The position numbers and the translations under genes are program-made. The notes under the pieces were generated by a model. That model made no database searches and was not told the origin of the DNA. It was given only the letters and a program-made list of their open reading frames with translations. DNA of 20,038 bases. It comes from a candidate division WOR-3 bacterium (GTDB lineage Bacteria; Hydrothermota; Hydrothermia; LBFQ01; DSFT01). Positions 1 through 9,093 of this stretch are shown here, piece after piece. The DNA lies in contig CBFGJN010000034.1 in assembly GCA_965649115.1 (NCBI GenBank), positions 1 to 20,038 of the forward strand, given 5' to 3'. Every line of letters begins with the position of its first letter. The first letter of the stretch is position 1.

Positions 1-23
1 GTTATTTTAATTCCGAGCAAGAA

Positions 24-30
24 AGGAGGT
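24..30 (+). promoter_or_regulatory. Shine-Dalgarno site of ferredoxin gene
   Basis: AGGAGGT, 6 nt before ATG at 37. Confidence 0.85.
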
Positions 31-36
31 TAGAAG

Positions 37-330
37 ATGGCATATGTAATAACACAACCTTGTATAGGGACCAAGAGTGGTGAATGTGTTCAAGTTTGTC
101 CAGTTGATGCTATACATCCAAGAAGAGATGAGAATTGGGATGAAACAACACAACTATATATAGACCCTAACACTTGTATAGATTGTGGAGCTTGTGCTTC
201 CGTATGTCCTGTTAGTGCTATATATCAGGAGAATGATGTCCCATCTGAGTGGTCTCAATTTAAGGAGAAGAATGCAGATTATTATCGTTTGAGTAAAGAG
301 GAATTTATTAAAAAGTGGGGTTCGTTATAG
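37..330 (+). CDS. Dicluster ferredoxin, 7Fe ([3Fe-4S][4Fe-4S]) type
   Basis: CIGTKSGECVQVCP (C-x7-C-x3-CP) plus CIDCGACASVCP (CxxCxxCxxxCP), AYVIT N-terminus, strong SD. Confidence 0.92.
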   Translation: MAYVITQPCIGTKSGECVQVCPVDAIHPRRDENWDETTQLYIDPNTCIDCGACASVCPVSAIYQENDVPSEWSQFKEKNADYYRLSKEEFIKKWGSL

Positions 331-2045
331 GGACCTTTGGTCCCTTCATTTTAAGTAATATAGATTATTTTTATATTTCAAAAGCTCTTGGAAATTATGG
401 ACTAACTATAAATGATTTAGGATATAAGAAAGATATTTCTGTTGAAACGAACTTAAAGCCAAAAGGCTTTATTGAAATTCTAAAAAAACCATTTAAAATA
501 GACACAATATCTTTTAAATTGCTTCAAAGAAATATCTTTTTTCAGCTTGAAACAATTTTAAATGATTATTACAATTTGAACATCACTGGACCATATTCTA
601 TTATTTCTAATCCCGATACAGCATTTTCTAATTTTGATATTAAAATTCAAAATGCTCTAATTAATTTTATTCAAACATCAAAAATTTATTCTTTTTATTT
701 AGAACATTCAAATATAAGTTTGGATGAAATTGAAACATTAATTAAATTTGCAAAAGACCAAATTTTAAATGATAGTTCAAATGTTCCTATTGATAGCATT
801 ATAAGTTATCTTTCAAAGTTTAATTTTAAAAATTTTTTTTATGCTAATTTAGTTTTATTAAATGCTTTTTTAGAGCTTAAAGAAGCTGTAAAATCTCTCA
901 AAGGTAAAGATATTAATTTTTTTTATGAAACTGAATTTGGAAAAATCGTTATTAGTGATAGCCTAATGCCTTCTGATAGTGATTTTATTTATATAAACAC
1001 CAAAGGCTCTCAAAATTATAGTAAAATTTGTCAAACAAATATAAGAATTTGTGCTTTTATAGACCTTGAAGGAAATGATAAATATGAACTTGATAGTCTT
1101 TCAATTCATAGTGAATATGGTGCGGTCTTTTTTTATGATAATGAAGGTGATGATATTTATAAATGTTCGGATTTTTGTCTATCTTCAACAATTTTAGGTC
1201 TTTCTTACTTTGAAGATAATGCTGGAAATGATATTTACAATGTTGGTAGATTTTCAATTTCATCAAGTTTTTATGGAATTTCTATATTTATTGATAATGA
1301 AGGTGATGATATTTATACAGCTGTAAATAGAGCATTATCTTTTAGTAGTATATGGGGAATAAGTATATTTGAGGATTTTAAGGGTAATGATATTTACTAT
1401 TTAGGAAGGTTTTATGAACATAAACCGTTATGGAGTAATGAATTTTATGGTTTTGGACTAGGTTTTTCAACGGGTATTAGGGAGGACATAGCAGGGGGGT
1501 TTTCATATTTTGTGGATTATGAGGGAAATGACTTGTATAGTTGTGGAACTTATTGTATTTCAAGTACTTATTGGTATTCAATGAGTATTTTTATTGATTC
1601 AAGTGGTAATGATAGATATATTGGTGTTGAATATGGTTTGGGTGCTGGAATTCATATTGGAATTGCTTCTTTCTTTGATTTAGGAGGTGATGATATTTAT
1701 ACTTTCAAAGCAGGTCCATCCATAGGAAGTGGTCATGATTTTTCAATTGGTTTCTTTTATGAAAAAGGTGGAAATGATATTTATTATGTTTCGGGAGGTA
1801 TTGGAAATAGTATAGCAAATGGGCTTGGAATTTTTATAGATCATAGTGGAAATGATAGTTATAATTTTAATGAATATCATTTGAGTTGTGGTGCAAGTCA
1901 AAATTTAAATAATCAAAGAGAATACTTTGGTTTAGGTTTGTTCATTGATATTTCTGGAAATGATAATTATCCTTCTCAATCAAAATGTAAAAATAATAGC
2001 TTTTGGAGAATGGGTGATATTGGGATTGGTTATGATGGTGAATAA
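315..2045 (+). CDS. Hypothetical protein with 11 F-x-D-x-x-G-(N/D)-D-x-Y repeats (predicted beta-solenoid, possibly Ca-binding)
   Basis: 576-aa ORF with repeats such as FIDLEGNDKY, FYDNEGDDIY, FEDNAGNDIY, FIDISGNDNY. The GTG start at 315 is uncertain. Confidence 0.8.
   Translation: MGFVIGTFGPFILSNIDYFYISKALGNYGLTINDLGYKKDISVETNLKPKGFIEILKKPFKIDTISFKLLQRNIFFQLETILNDYYNLNITGPYSIISNPDTAFSNFDIKIQNALINFIQTSKIYSFYLEHSNISLDEIETLIKFAKDQILNDSSNVPIDSIISYLSKFNFKNFFYANLVLLNAFLELKEAVKSLKGKDINFFYETEFGKIVISDSLMPSDSDFIYINTKGSQNYSKICQTNIRICAFIDLEGNDKYELDSLSIHSEYGAVFFYDNEGDDIYKCSDFCLSSTILGLSYFEDNAGNDIYNVGRFSISSSFYGISIFIDNEGDDIYTAVNRALSFSSIWGISIFEDFKGNDIYYLGRFYEHKPLWSNEFYGFGLGFSTGIREDIAGGFSYFVDYEGNDLYSCGTYCISSTYWYSMSIFIDSSGNDRYIGVEYGLGAGIHIGIASFFDLGGDDIYTFKAGPSIGSGHDFSIGFFYEKGGNDIYYVSGGIGNSIANGLGIFIDHSGNDSYNFNEYHLSCGASQNLNNQREYFGLGLFIDISGNDNYPSQSKCKNNSFWRMGDIGIGYDGE
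329..352 (+). terminator. Hairpin right after ferredoxin stop (possible intrinsic terminator or 3' stabiliser)
   Basis: AGGGACC-TTT-GGTCCCT followed by TCATTTT. Confidence 0.5.
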
Positions 2046-3198
2046 TTTAATAAAGGATATTCAAGGACTGTTAAAAAAATTTAATTTAGATGGTTGGTTA
2101 TTTTATGATTTTCAAAATAGAAATTACATAGCTCAAATGATTTTAAATATAAATCCAAAAGAACACTTTACAAGAAGATGGTTTTACTTTATTCCAAAAG
2201 ATGGAGAGCCTATTAAGTTATTATCAAGAGTTGAGCCTCATAAACTTGAACATTTAGAAGGTAAAAAATTATTATATTCAACTTGGAAAGAAATGATTGA
2301 AAAATTAAAAGAAATTCTAAAAAATTATAAAACAATTGCTATGGAATACTCAAAGAATTGTTCAATTCCATATATTTCAATTGTTGATGCTGGAACTCAT
2401 GAAATTATTAAAAGTTTATCAGTGGAAATTGTTTCTTCTGCTGACCTAATTCAGACATTTTTCCTCATTTCGGAAGATAAAATTAAAACGCATTATCAGG
2501 CAGGAGAGATTATAAAAAATGTTCTATTTGATGTATTTAATAATTTAAATTCATTTAAATATGAGTTTGAAGTATGCGAATTTATTTACAATAAATTAAT
2601 TGAAAATAATTTAACAACTGATGGTGATTTTCCAATTTTTGCAATTGGTGAAAATTCTTCTAATCCTCATTATATACCTACAAAAGATAAATCAAAGAAA
2701 ATTGAGAAAGAAATGCCATTTTTGATAGATATTTGGGCAAGATTAAATCAAGAAAATAGTATTTATTATGATATTACTTGGGTTGGATATTATGGAGTTA
2801 ATGTTCCTGATGAGTATAAAAAAGTTTTTGATATTGTAAAAGTTGCAAGGGATTTGGCAGTTGAGTATATAAATGATAAATTGGATAAAAGTTTGGAAGT
2901 TTTTGGTTATGAAGTAGATGATGTTGTTAGAAATTACATTAGTCAAAAAGGTTATGGAAATTATTTTATTCATAGAACAGGCCATTCAATCGGTAAATTC
3001 GTCCATTGGTTTAATGTTAATATTGACAATTTTGAAACACATGATAATAGGAAAATAATGAATGGTTGTTTATTTTCTATTGAACCTGGTATATATATAG
3101 ATGGAAAGTTTGGAATAAGGCTTGAAATTGATGTTTACATTAAAGAAAATAAAGCGATTATAACAACGATTAAACAAGATGACTTAATAATAATATGA
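2032..3198 (+). CDS. M24 family (Xaa-Pro) aminopeptidase
   Basis: Metal-ligand motifs FLIDIW, YYDITW, HRTGHSIG, FSIEPG, IRLEID and NPHY. Start moved from 1945 to ATG 2032 (or 2035) to avoid a long overlap with the upstream ORF. Confidence 0.9.
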   Translation: MMVNNLIKDIQGLLKKFNLDGWLFYDFQNRNYIAQMILNINPKEHFTRRWFYFIPKDGEPIKLLSRVEPHKLEHLEGKKLLYSTWKEMIEKLKEILKNYKTIAMEYSKNCSIPYISIVDAGTHEIIKSLSVEIVSSADLIQTFFLISEDKIKTHYQAGEIIKNVLFDVFNNLNSFKYEFEVCEFIYNKLIENNLTTDGDFPIFAIGENSSNPHYIPTKDKSKKIEKEMPFLIDIWARLNQENSIYYDITWVGYYGVNVPDEYKKVFDIVKVARDLAVEYINDKLDKSLEVFGYEVDDVVRNYISQKGYGNYFIHRTGHSIGKFVHWFNVNIDNFETHDNRKIMNGCLFSIEPGIYIDGKFGIRLEIDVYIKENKAIITTIKQDDLIII

Positions 3199-3533
3199 GG
3201 ATTATAGGGATTCTATATGATAATCAAACAAGATGTATTCATTACCATTCAAATAAAGATATTATTGCTATAAAGTTTAAGTGTTGTGAAATTTATTATC
3301 CTTGTTATTTTTGTCATAAAGAAACCCAAACTCATGGCATTTTAAAATGGACTAAAAATGATTTTAATAAAAAAGCAATTTTATGTGGTGTATGTAAAAA
3401 TGAATTAACAATATATGAGTACTTAAATTCAAATTTTCACTGCCCTTTTTGTCATTCGCAATTTAATGAAAATTGTAAATTACATTATCATTTATATTTT
3501 GATGTGTCTAATACCCGCACACCCTATGTTTAA
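3195..3533 (+). CDS. CHY zinc finger protein
   Basis: TRCIHYHS...KFKCC..YYPCYFCH, CGVC, CPFC...FN..C..H. The last ~10 codons lie inside a MITE. Confidence 0.9.
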   Translation: MRIIGILYDNQTRCIHYHSNKDIIAIKFKCCEIYYPCYFCHKETQTHGILKWTKNDFNKKAILCGVCKNELTIYEYLNSNFHCPFCHSQFNENCKLHYHLYFDVSNTRTPYV

Positions 3534-3649
3534 AGCTTCGCTTTATAAATACCCATTTTTCGGCAGAGGGGGGCTTCGCCCCCCTTAATTTCCCCCTTAA
3601 ATAATAGGTAATTTTGAATTTCTCACTAGGTTATTTATTGGACGAAGCA
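3500..3649 (+). mobile_element. MITE-like element copy 1 (150 bp, internally deleted)
   Basis: Ends TGATGTGTCTAATA and TATTGGACGAAGCA, perfect 9-bp TSD TTTATATTT (3491-3499, 3650-3658), shared internal hairpins. Confidence 0.85.
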
Positions 3650-3650
3650 T

Positions 3651-4724
3651 TTATATTTTGGTAAAAATTATCCTAAATTTTGTGAATCCTTTTTTGCTTT
3701 CAATTAATTTAACTTTACCTTTATGCATTTCAATAATTCTCTTTGATAAAATTAAGCCAATTCCCCATCCCTTTTCCTTTGTAGTTATATTTTTTGAAAA
3801 TAATTTATCTTTTATTGAAGGATTTATTCCATTTCCATCGTCAATAATATCTATGATATAGAATTTTTTTTCACTTGAAATTTCAATTATTATGTTTTTA
3901 CTATTTGCTTCATAGCTATTTTTTAAAAAGTTTTCAAAAACCCATTCTAATAATTCAAAGTCTCCATATATTAAACAATTTCCTTTAATGGTTAGATTTA
4001 ATTCATTTTGAAACTTTCCTTTTAAATTATTATAAGCGCTTAAAATCGTATCCTTTAAGTAAATTGGTTTTAAGTTTATTGAACTTCCAATTTTAGAGAA
4101 TCTTTTTAAAATTGAGGATAATTTATTTAAGTCGTTTTCAATTTCATAAAATCTATCTTCTCCTCTTTTAAGAAGTTCAAAATTTGCTATTAGTGAGGAG
4201 AGAGGATTGCCCATCTGATGAGCAAGACCTTTTGCAAATGTTGAATAAAACTTTTCTTCTTCATATCTTTGAGCATTTCTTAAAGCTATGATAATTATTA
4301 TTAGTGTTATTATTGCAATAAACATAAGAACATATGGAAGAATTGACAGATAAAAAATTGACCTTGGTTCATCGTAATAAACTCTACCAATTTTAAAACC
4401 TTCATATATTATTTCAGCATATTGATTTTTCTTTCTTAATTTTTCTTTAATTTTATTTAAATTTTTGTAATTTTTAAAGTTTTTAAAGAATTTTATACTA
4501 TCATTTTGATCGGTTATAATTATCCCAAATGGTATGTTTTTAAGAATATCCTCTACATTTTCTGAACCAAGGATTAATGCAGAGCTTAAAGCATCTGAAA
4601 GAACATAACTATAATTTTTAATTTCATACTTGATTTTGTTTATGGTTATTCCTGAAATAACAAATGAAGATAAAATAATTAAAAAGAACGAAGAAATTAG
4701 AAAAATTTGTAATTTTAATGACAT
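3651..4724 (-). CDS. Membrane sensor histidine kinase
   Basis: Two hydrophobic segments, H-box LAHQMGNPLSSL, N-box ENFLKNSYEA, G1 DDGNGI, G2 GWGIGL. Confidence 0.92.
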   Translation of the reverse strand: MSLKLQIFLISSFFLIILSSFVISGITINKIKYEIKNYSYVLSDALSSALILGSENVEDILKNIPFGIIITDQNDSIKFFKNFKNYKNLNKIKEKLRKKNQYAEIIYEGFKIGRVYYDEPRSIFYLSILPYVLMFIAIITLIIIIIALRNAQRYEEEKFYSTFAKGLAHQMGNPLSSLIANFELLKRGEDRFYEIENDLNKLSSILKRFSKIGSSINLKPIYLKDTILSAYNNLKGKFQNELNLTIKGNCLIYGDFELLEWVFENFLKNSYEANSKNIIIEISSEKKFYIIDIIDDGNGINPSIKDKLFSKNITTKEKGWGIGLILSKRIIEMHKGKVKLIESKKGFTKFRIIFTKI

Positions 4725-5254
4725 TATAAAATGCTATTTATGACTTCCTTTATATTTTTCCTTAATTTTTCTCTATCACCTTTTATCTGATTATTTAAGT
4801 AAAATTCTAACATTCTTGTAAGTAATGAAACAATAAAAGCAATTGTCCATTCTTTTCCATATTTTCCATTAGGTGCTATATCTCTTAATATATCAATTGG
4901 TTTAGGTGTTTTCTTTATGAACTTATCATAGTGAAATTGGTACATCTTTAAAACAAATAAAAATTCATTCTTTTTTGAGACTGCAAAATCTATAAAACTA
5001 TCAATGAAAGCATCTATTTTTTCATTTTCTTTTGATTTATCTACTCTATCTTTTATGAAATTATAGAAATCATTTGCAATGTCTATAAAAACACTTCTTA
5101 TTAGTTGATTTTTATCCTTATAGTACTTGAATAAAAGAGCTTCTGATGAACCTGTCTCCCTTGCTATATCTTTTATTTTAACACCATCAAATCCACTTTT
5201 TATAACTGATTTTATAACAGCTTTTTTTATTTTTAAAATTGTTTTTTTCTTCAT
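4724..5254 (-). CDS. TetR/AcrR family transcriptional regulator
   Basis: N-terminal HTH GFDGVKIKDIARETGSSEALLFKYYKDKNQL. One-base TAATG overlap with the kinase. Confidence 0.88.
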   Translation of the reverse strand: MKKKTILKIKKAVIKSVIKSGFDGVKIKDIARETGSSEALLFKYYKDKNQLIRSVFIDIANDFYNFIKDRVDKSKENEKIDAFIDSFIDFAVSKKNEFLFVLKMYQFHYDKFIKKTPKPIDILRDIAPNGKYGKEWTIAFIVSLLTRMLEFYLNNQIKGDREKLRKNIKEVINSIL

Positions 5255-5281
5255 TAGTAGTGAAAATTTTAAGGCATTAAG

Positions 5282-5364
5282 TCCCCAATTACTTCAAGAA
5301 TTTTAGAGAATTTTTGATAAGTTATTGATTATCAATCACTTAACAATAAATATTGGACAAAAAG
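5282..5364 (+). mobile_element. MITE-like element remnant (right half)
   Basis: TCCCCAAT...TAAGTTATTGATTATCAATCACTTAACAATAAATATTGGACAAA aligns with the right halves of the copies at 8712 and 8902. Confidence 0.75.
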
Positions 5365-5424
5365 ACCTTAACCTTTTGACTTATGAGCAGAGCTACCAAT
5401 AATTAACCTATTTATTTCAAGCAT

Positions 5425-6582
5425 TTAACGAGTTTTTGAAAACAAATATAGAAATAAAATTGAACTAATTAAACTAAAAGAACTTATAGATAACCAAATA
5501 AGAACATGGTTTGATTTAAAAATATCCATAGCCAAGCCACCTATAATTGGACCGATAGCCCATCCTAGTCCTTGAAATAATCCAAAGAAACCAATAAAAC
5601 TTCCCAACTTATTTTTGTCTGATAATATACTTGCCATTGTTTGTGCAGAAGGAACAACGAACATTTCGGCAATAGTTATGATTATAATTGAAATTAAAAG
5701 ATGATAAAAGTTATTAGCAAAACCAATTGATAAATAACCTATAAAGTAGAAGAATGTTCCAATTATTAATGCTCTTTTTTCATCAATTTTTTCAACATAA
5801 TTTGAAATGGGGATTTGTAAAAACACAACTAATAGACCATTTATAGCATATAAAATCCCAAGTTCATTTTTAGTAATTTTAACAAAATTTGTAGCATATA
5901 CTGAAAGTGTTGAAATTAGTTGAGACATTGTAATGAAAAACCCTATTGAAAATAAAGAGAATAATAAAAATTGTTTATTATTTAGAATATCTCTAATTGG
6001 AAACTCAAAAAATTTTAATGTTTTATTAGTATTTGGAATTGTTAATTGAAGCATTATTGCGGAGAAAATTGTAGCAAGAAATGATATAAAAAATAATAAT
6101 GAAAATGATTTTACTGCTATTACACCTCCGATAGCAGGACCTAACGACCAGCCCAAATTAACTCCCACTCTATTTATACTATATGCTAAGTTTCTATCTT
6201 CCTCTTTACTTAATTGGGCAACAATTGTATCAAGATTAGACATATTTATACTAAAAAATAGTGAATTTAAAATGAGAATTGGGATAAACAATCTATAATC
6301 AAGATTGAAAGCAATTACAATACTAAGTGAAAGAAATATAAATGACCTTATAAAAAATGAAAGGACTAAAACATTTTTTGAGCCAAAGTAGTCAGACAAT
6401 AATCCTCCGAGAATCCTTCCAATTACTCCAAAAATTGTTGATATACCAAGAATAGAACCTATCAAACTCATAGACAAATTTCTGACTTCATATAAATAGA
6501 TTGATAAAAATGGAAATGCAACTGAATAACCAAAAGACATAATTAATCTTGCAAATGTTAGGCTTAATATATCTCTATTCAA
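5425..6582 (-). CDS. MFS transporter
   Basis: 385 aa with many hydrophobic segments, motif A GLLSDYFGSK, NLGWSLGPAIGG and GWAIGPIIGG. Confidence 0.92.
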   Translation of the reverse strand: MNRDILSLTFARLIMSFGYSVAFPFLSIYLYEVRNLSMSLIGSILGISTIFGVIGRILGGLLSDYFGSKNVLVLSFFIRSFIFLSLSIVIAFNLDYRLFIPILILNSLFFSINMSNLDTIVAQLSKEEDRNLAYSINRVGVNLGWSLGPAIGGVIAVKSFSLLFFISFLATIFSAIMLQLTIPNTNKTLKFFEFPIRDILNNKQFLLFSLFSIGFFITMSQLISTLSVYATNFVKITKNELGILYAINGLLVVFLQIPISNYVEKIDEKRALIIGTFFYFIGYLSIGFANNFYHLLISIIIITIAEMFVVPSAQTMASILSDKNKLGSFIGFFGLFQGLGWAIGPIIGGLAMDIFKSNHVLIWLSISSFSLISSILFLYLFSKTR

Positions 6583-7177
6583 TTGACCACCAGTTTTTTA
6601 CTTCCTTAATGGATTTAATTGCCAAAATTATGTTTTTCCCCAATCTTTTAGCATCTTCAATTGCCTCAATATCTCTACTTATATCATCATAAAACCCAGT
6701 GCTATAAACAAAAGCATATGGTGGTATTAGGAAACCCATGAAGTTAAATGCTGAAACCATTTGTAATATCGCATTCATAGCTCCATCTTCTTCTGCAACA
6801 GCAATAAAACCGGCTACTTTACCATCAAATAATTTTTCTTTATTTTCAGCACTCGTTAATCTATCTATTAAGGTTTTCATTAATGAGGAAACTGAAAACC
6901 ATTGAACTGATGTAGAAAATATAATTCCATCAGCCATTAACATTTTATTTAAAATAAGTTTAAAATTGTCGTTTGTTTTAATACAATTATCAACATTACA
7001 AAGATCTCTATTTTCACTATAATTACCCGAGCAATGTTCAATATATAAATTTGAAAGATGAATAATTTCAGTTTCTGCTGATAAGTTTCTACAAACTTCA
7101 AGTGCTTTTTCTAATAAAAAGAACCCTCTTGATTTTTTACCTCTCGGAGAGCCGTTTATACCAAGAACCTTAATCAT
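6575..7177 (-). CDS. Flavodoxin-fold protein (NADPH-dependent FMN reductase / iron-sulfur flavoprotein-like)
   Basis: VLGINGSPR, ADGIIFSTSVQWFSVSSLMKTLIDRL, GKVAGFI, AKRLGKN. Confidence 0.85.
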   Translation of the reverse strand: MIKVLGINGSPRGKKSRGFFLLEKALEVCRNLSAETEIIHLSNLYIEHCSGNYSENRDLCNVDNCIKTNDNFKLILNKMLMADGIIFSTSVQWFSVSSLMKTLIDRLTSAENKEKLFDGKVAGFIAVAEEDGAMNAILQMVSAFNFMGFLIPPYAFVYSTGFYDDISRDIEAIEDAKRLGKNIILAIKSIKEVKNWWSIE

Positions 7178-8064
7178 GCTCTTGGATGATACTTTTTATA
7201 GACTTCCTTTATATGAGCTATTGAAATATAAGTGTATCTTTGAGTGGTTGATATTGAGGCATGACCTAATATCTCTTGTAAGACCCTTAAATCGCAACCA
7301 TTTAGTAGCATATGAGTAGCGAAAGAATGTCTAAATACATGAGGATGAACTTTATGTTCAAGTCCAATTTTCATTGCATATTCTTTTAAAATTTTCCAAA
7401 ATCCTATTCTAGAAAGTCTTCCTCCTTTTGAATTTAAAAACACATAACCATTATCTTTATTCTTAGCGAAATAACTTCTTGCACTTGTTAAATAATTATA
7501 GAGAAATTCCTTTGGTATTTCCCCAAATGGAACAAATCTTTCTTTTGAGCCTTTTCCAGAAACCCTTATTATATTCTCGTCAAAGTTTATGTCATAAATT
7601 TTAAGTGATAGTGCTTCACTAATTCTTAAACCCGTAGCATAAAGTAATTCCATAATAGCTCTATCTCTTAAACCTCTTGGTTTTGAAATATCAGGTTGTT
7701 CTAATAATAGTTGAATTTCTTCTATTGTCATTACATCAGGAATATATTGCTCTTTTTTCGGAACTTCAATAAGTTGAATGAAAGATGTATTTATATTATG
7801 ATGAACATAAAGGAATTTTAAGAATGTTCTAACAGCAGCGATACATCTTTCAATAGATGAGGCAGAAAAACCAAGTTTTGAAAGATAATTTACAAATTTT
7901 TGTACTTCATCAATATCCAAGTTTTGAATATCATAATTATTTGATTCAATAAAAACTACAAATCTATAAACATCTCTCTTATAGCCGTCAAGTGTATGAT
8001 AACTATAACCTCTTTCCGACATTAAATAATCTATAAATTCATCTATGAGTTTAAGAAGCTCCAT
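7174..8064 (-). CDS. xerD: Tyrosine recombinase XerD (XerC/D family)
   Basis: RDRAIMELLYATGLRISE, GKGSKER, LSRIGFW, HPHVFRHSFATH, LGHASISTTQRY, C-terminal HPRA. Confidence 0.85.
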   Translation of the reverse strand: MELLKLIDEFIDYLMSERGYSYHTLDGYKRDVYRFVVFIESNNYDIQNLDIDEVQKFVNYLSKLGFSASSIERCIAAVRTFLKFLYVHHNINTSFIQLIEVPKKEQYIPDVMTIEEIQLLLEQPDISKPRGLRDRAIMELLYATGLRISEALSLKIYDINFDENIIRVSGKGSKERFVPFGEIPKEFLYNYLTSARSYFAKNKDNGYVFLNSKGGRLSRIGFWKILKEYAMKIGLEHKVHPHVFRHSFATHMLLNGCDLRVLQEILGHASISTTQRYTYISIAHIKEVYKKYHPRA

Positions 8065-8666
8065 AATATCTCGTTATCTTTTTTAAGTTCTTGTAAATTA
8101 AAAATTTTACCATGACCACTTAAAATAGTAGTTTTTTCATCTATAATCTCCAAAAACCTTTTTAAAGATTCTTTCATTTTCTTAACATTGGAAAGAGGTA
8201 AATCTATTCTGCCTATGGAGTTAGTGAAAACTAAATCACCCACAATAATCAAATTTTCGTACTTTAAACATATACTGCCAGGTGTATGTCCTGGCATATG
8301 TAAAATTTTAAAGCTCATTATTTCATCATTTTCATCTAAATAGTTATCAGGAGGCTTTATAATAATAGGCTTTCCAATAAAGGAAGAAAAATTTAATTCG
8401 GGATTAGATAGCATTACTTCATCTTCCTTATGGATATAGAGAGGAATATTGAAATAGTTTCTCAATATATCATCCCCGCTTATATGATCAAAATGTCCAT
8501 GAGTATTTATTATACATATAGGTTTTAGTTTGTTTGATTCTATGAAATTTATAATATGTTTTGAAGATATATCTGTTGGGTCTATTATGATACAATTCTT
8601 TTCTTCGTAAATAACATATGAGTTTGAACCAAAAATCGGATGTGTAAATTTTTGAAATTTAAACAT
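8043..8666 (-). CDS. MBL-fold metallo-hydrolase (glyoxalase II-like)
   Basis: THGHFDH, PGHTPGS, GDLVF..SIGRIDLP, SGHG. ATG at 8666 preferred over TTG at 8672. Confidence 0.9.
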   Translation of the reverse strand: MFKFQKFTHPIFGSNSYVIYEEKNCIIIDPTDISSKHIINFIESNKLKPICIINTHGHFDHISGDDILRNYFNIPLYIHKEDEVMLSNPELNFSSFIGKPIIIKPPDNYLDENDEIMSFKILHMPGHTPGSICLKYENLIIVGDLVFTNSIGRIDLPLSNVKKMKESLKRFLEIIDEKTTILSGHGKIFNLQELKKDNEILWSFLNS

Positions 8667-8711
8667 AGACAAAAACTACTTTAATTGTAAAATTTTAAAG
8701 TAGAAGGCTTT

Positions 8712-8892
8712 TGCCTTGTCTAGTAATTCTAAAAATATAATTATTTCTTTATTTTACCCACCCGCCCAAAAATTAAGCCTTCGGCTTTAAAACTTCGCTC
8801 CCCATTAGAATCCCCAATAAATCAATAGTTTTAAATGAATTTTTATAAGTTATTGATTACCAACGATTTAACATTATTTACTAGACAAAGCA
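8712..8892 (+). mobile_element. MITE-like element copy 2 (181 bp)
   Basis: TIRs TGCCTTGTCTAGTAA / TTACTAGACAAAGCA, flanked by GAAGGCTTT and GAGGGTTTT. Confidence 0.88.
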
Positions 8893-8901
8893 GAGGGTTT
8901 T

Positions 8902-9093
8902 TGCTATGTCCAATAATTCCAAAACTATTCATTTTTCTATGTTTTTCCCGCCCACCCTATAATTAAGCCTTCGGCTTATAAATGCCCATTTTTATGCCTT
9001 GGGGGGCAGAGCCCCCCATAAAATCAATAATTTCAAAAAATTTTTATAAGTTATTGATAATCAAGGACTTAACATGATTTACTGGACAAAGTA
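8902..9093 (+). mobile_element. MITE-like element copy 3 (192 bp), tandem with copy 2
   Basis: TIRs TGCTATGTCCAATAA / TTACTGGACAAAGTA, flanked by GAGGGTTTT and GAAGGTTTT. Confidence 0.88.

Noticed and set aside
1945..2031. N-terminal 29 aa of the M24 ORF
   Set aside because: It lies wholly inside the upstream gene. ATG 2032/2035 is the more plausible start.
7174..8064. Phage or island integrase
   Set aside because: Size and motifs fit XerD. No att repeats, tRNA or phage genes are nearby.
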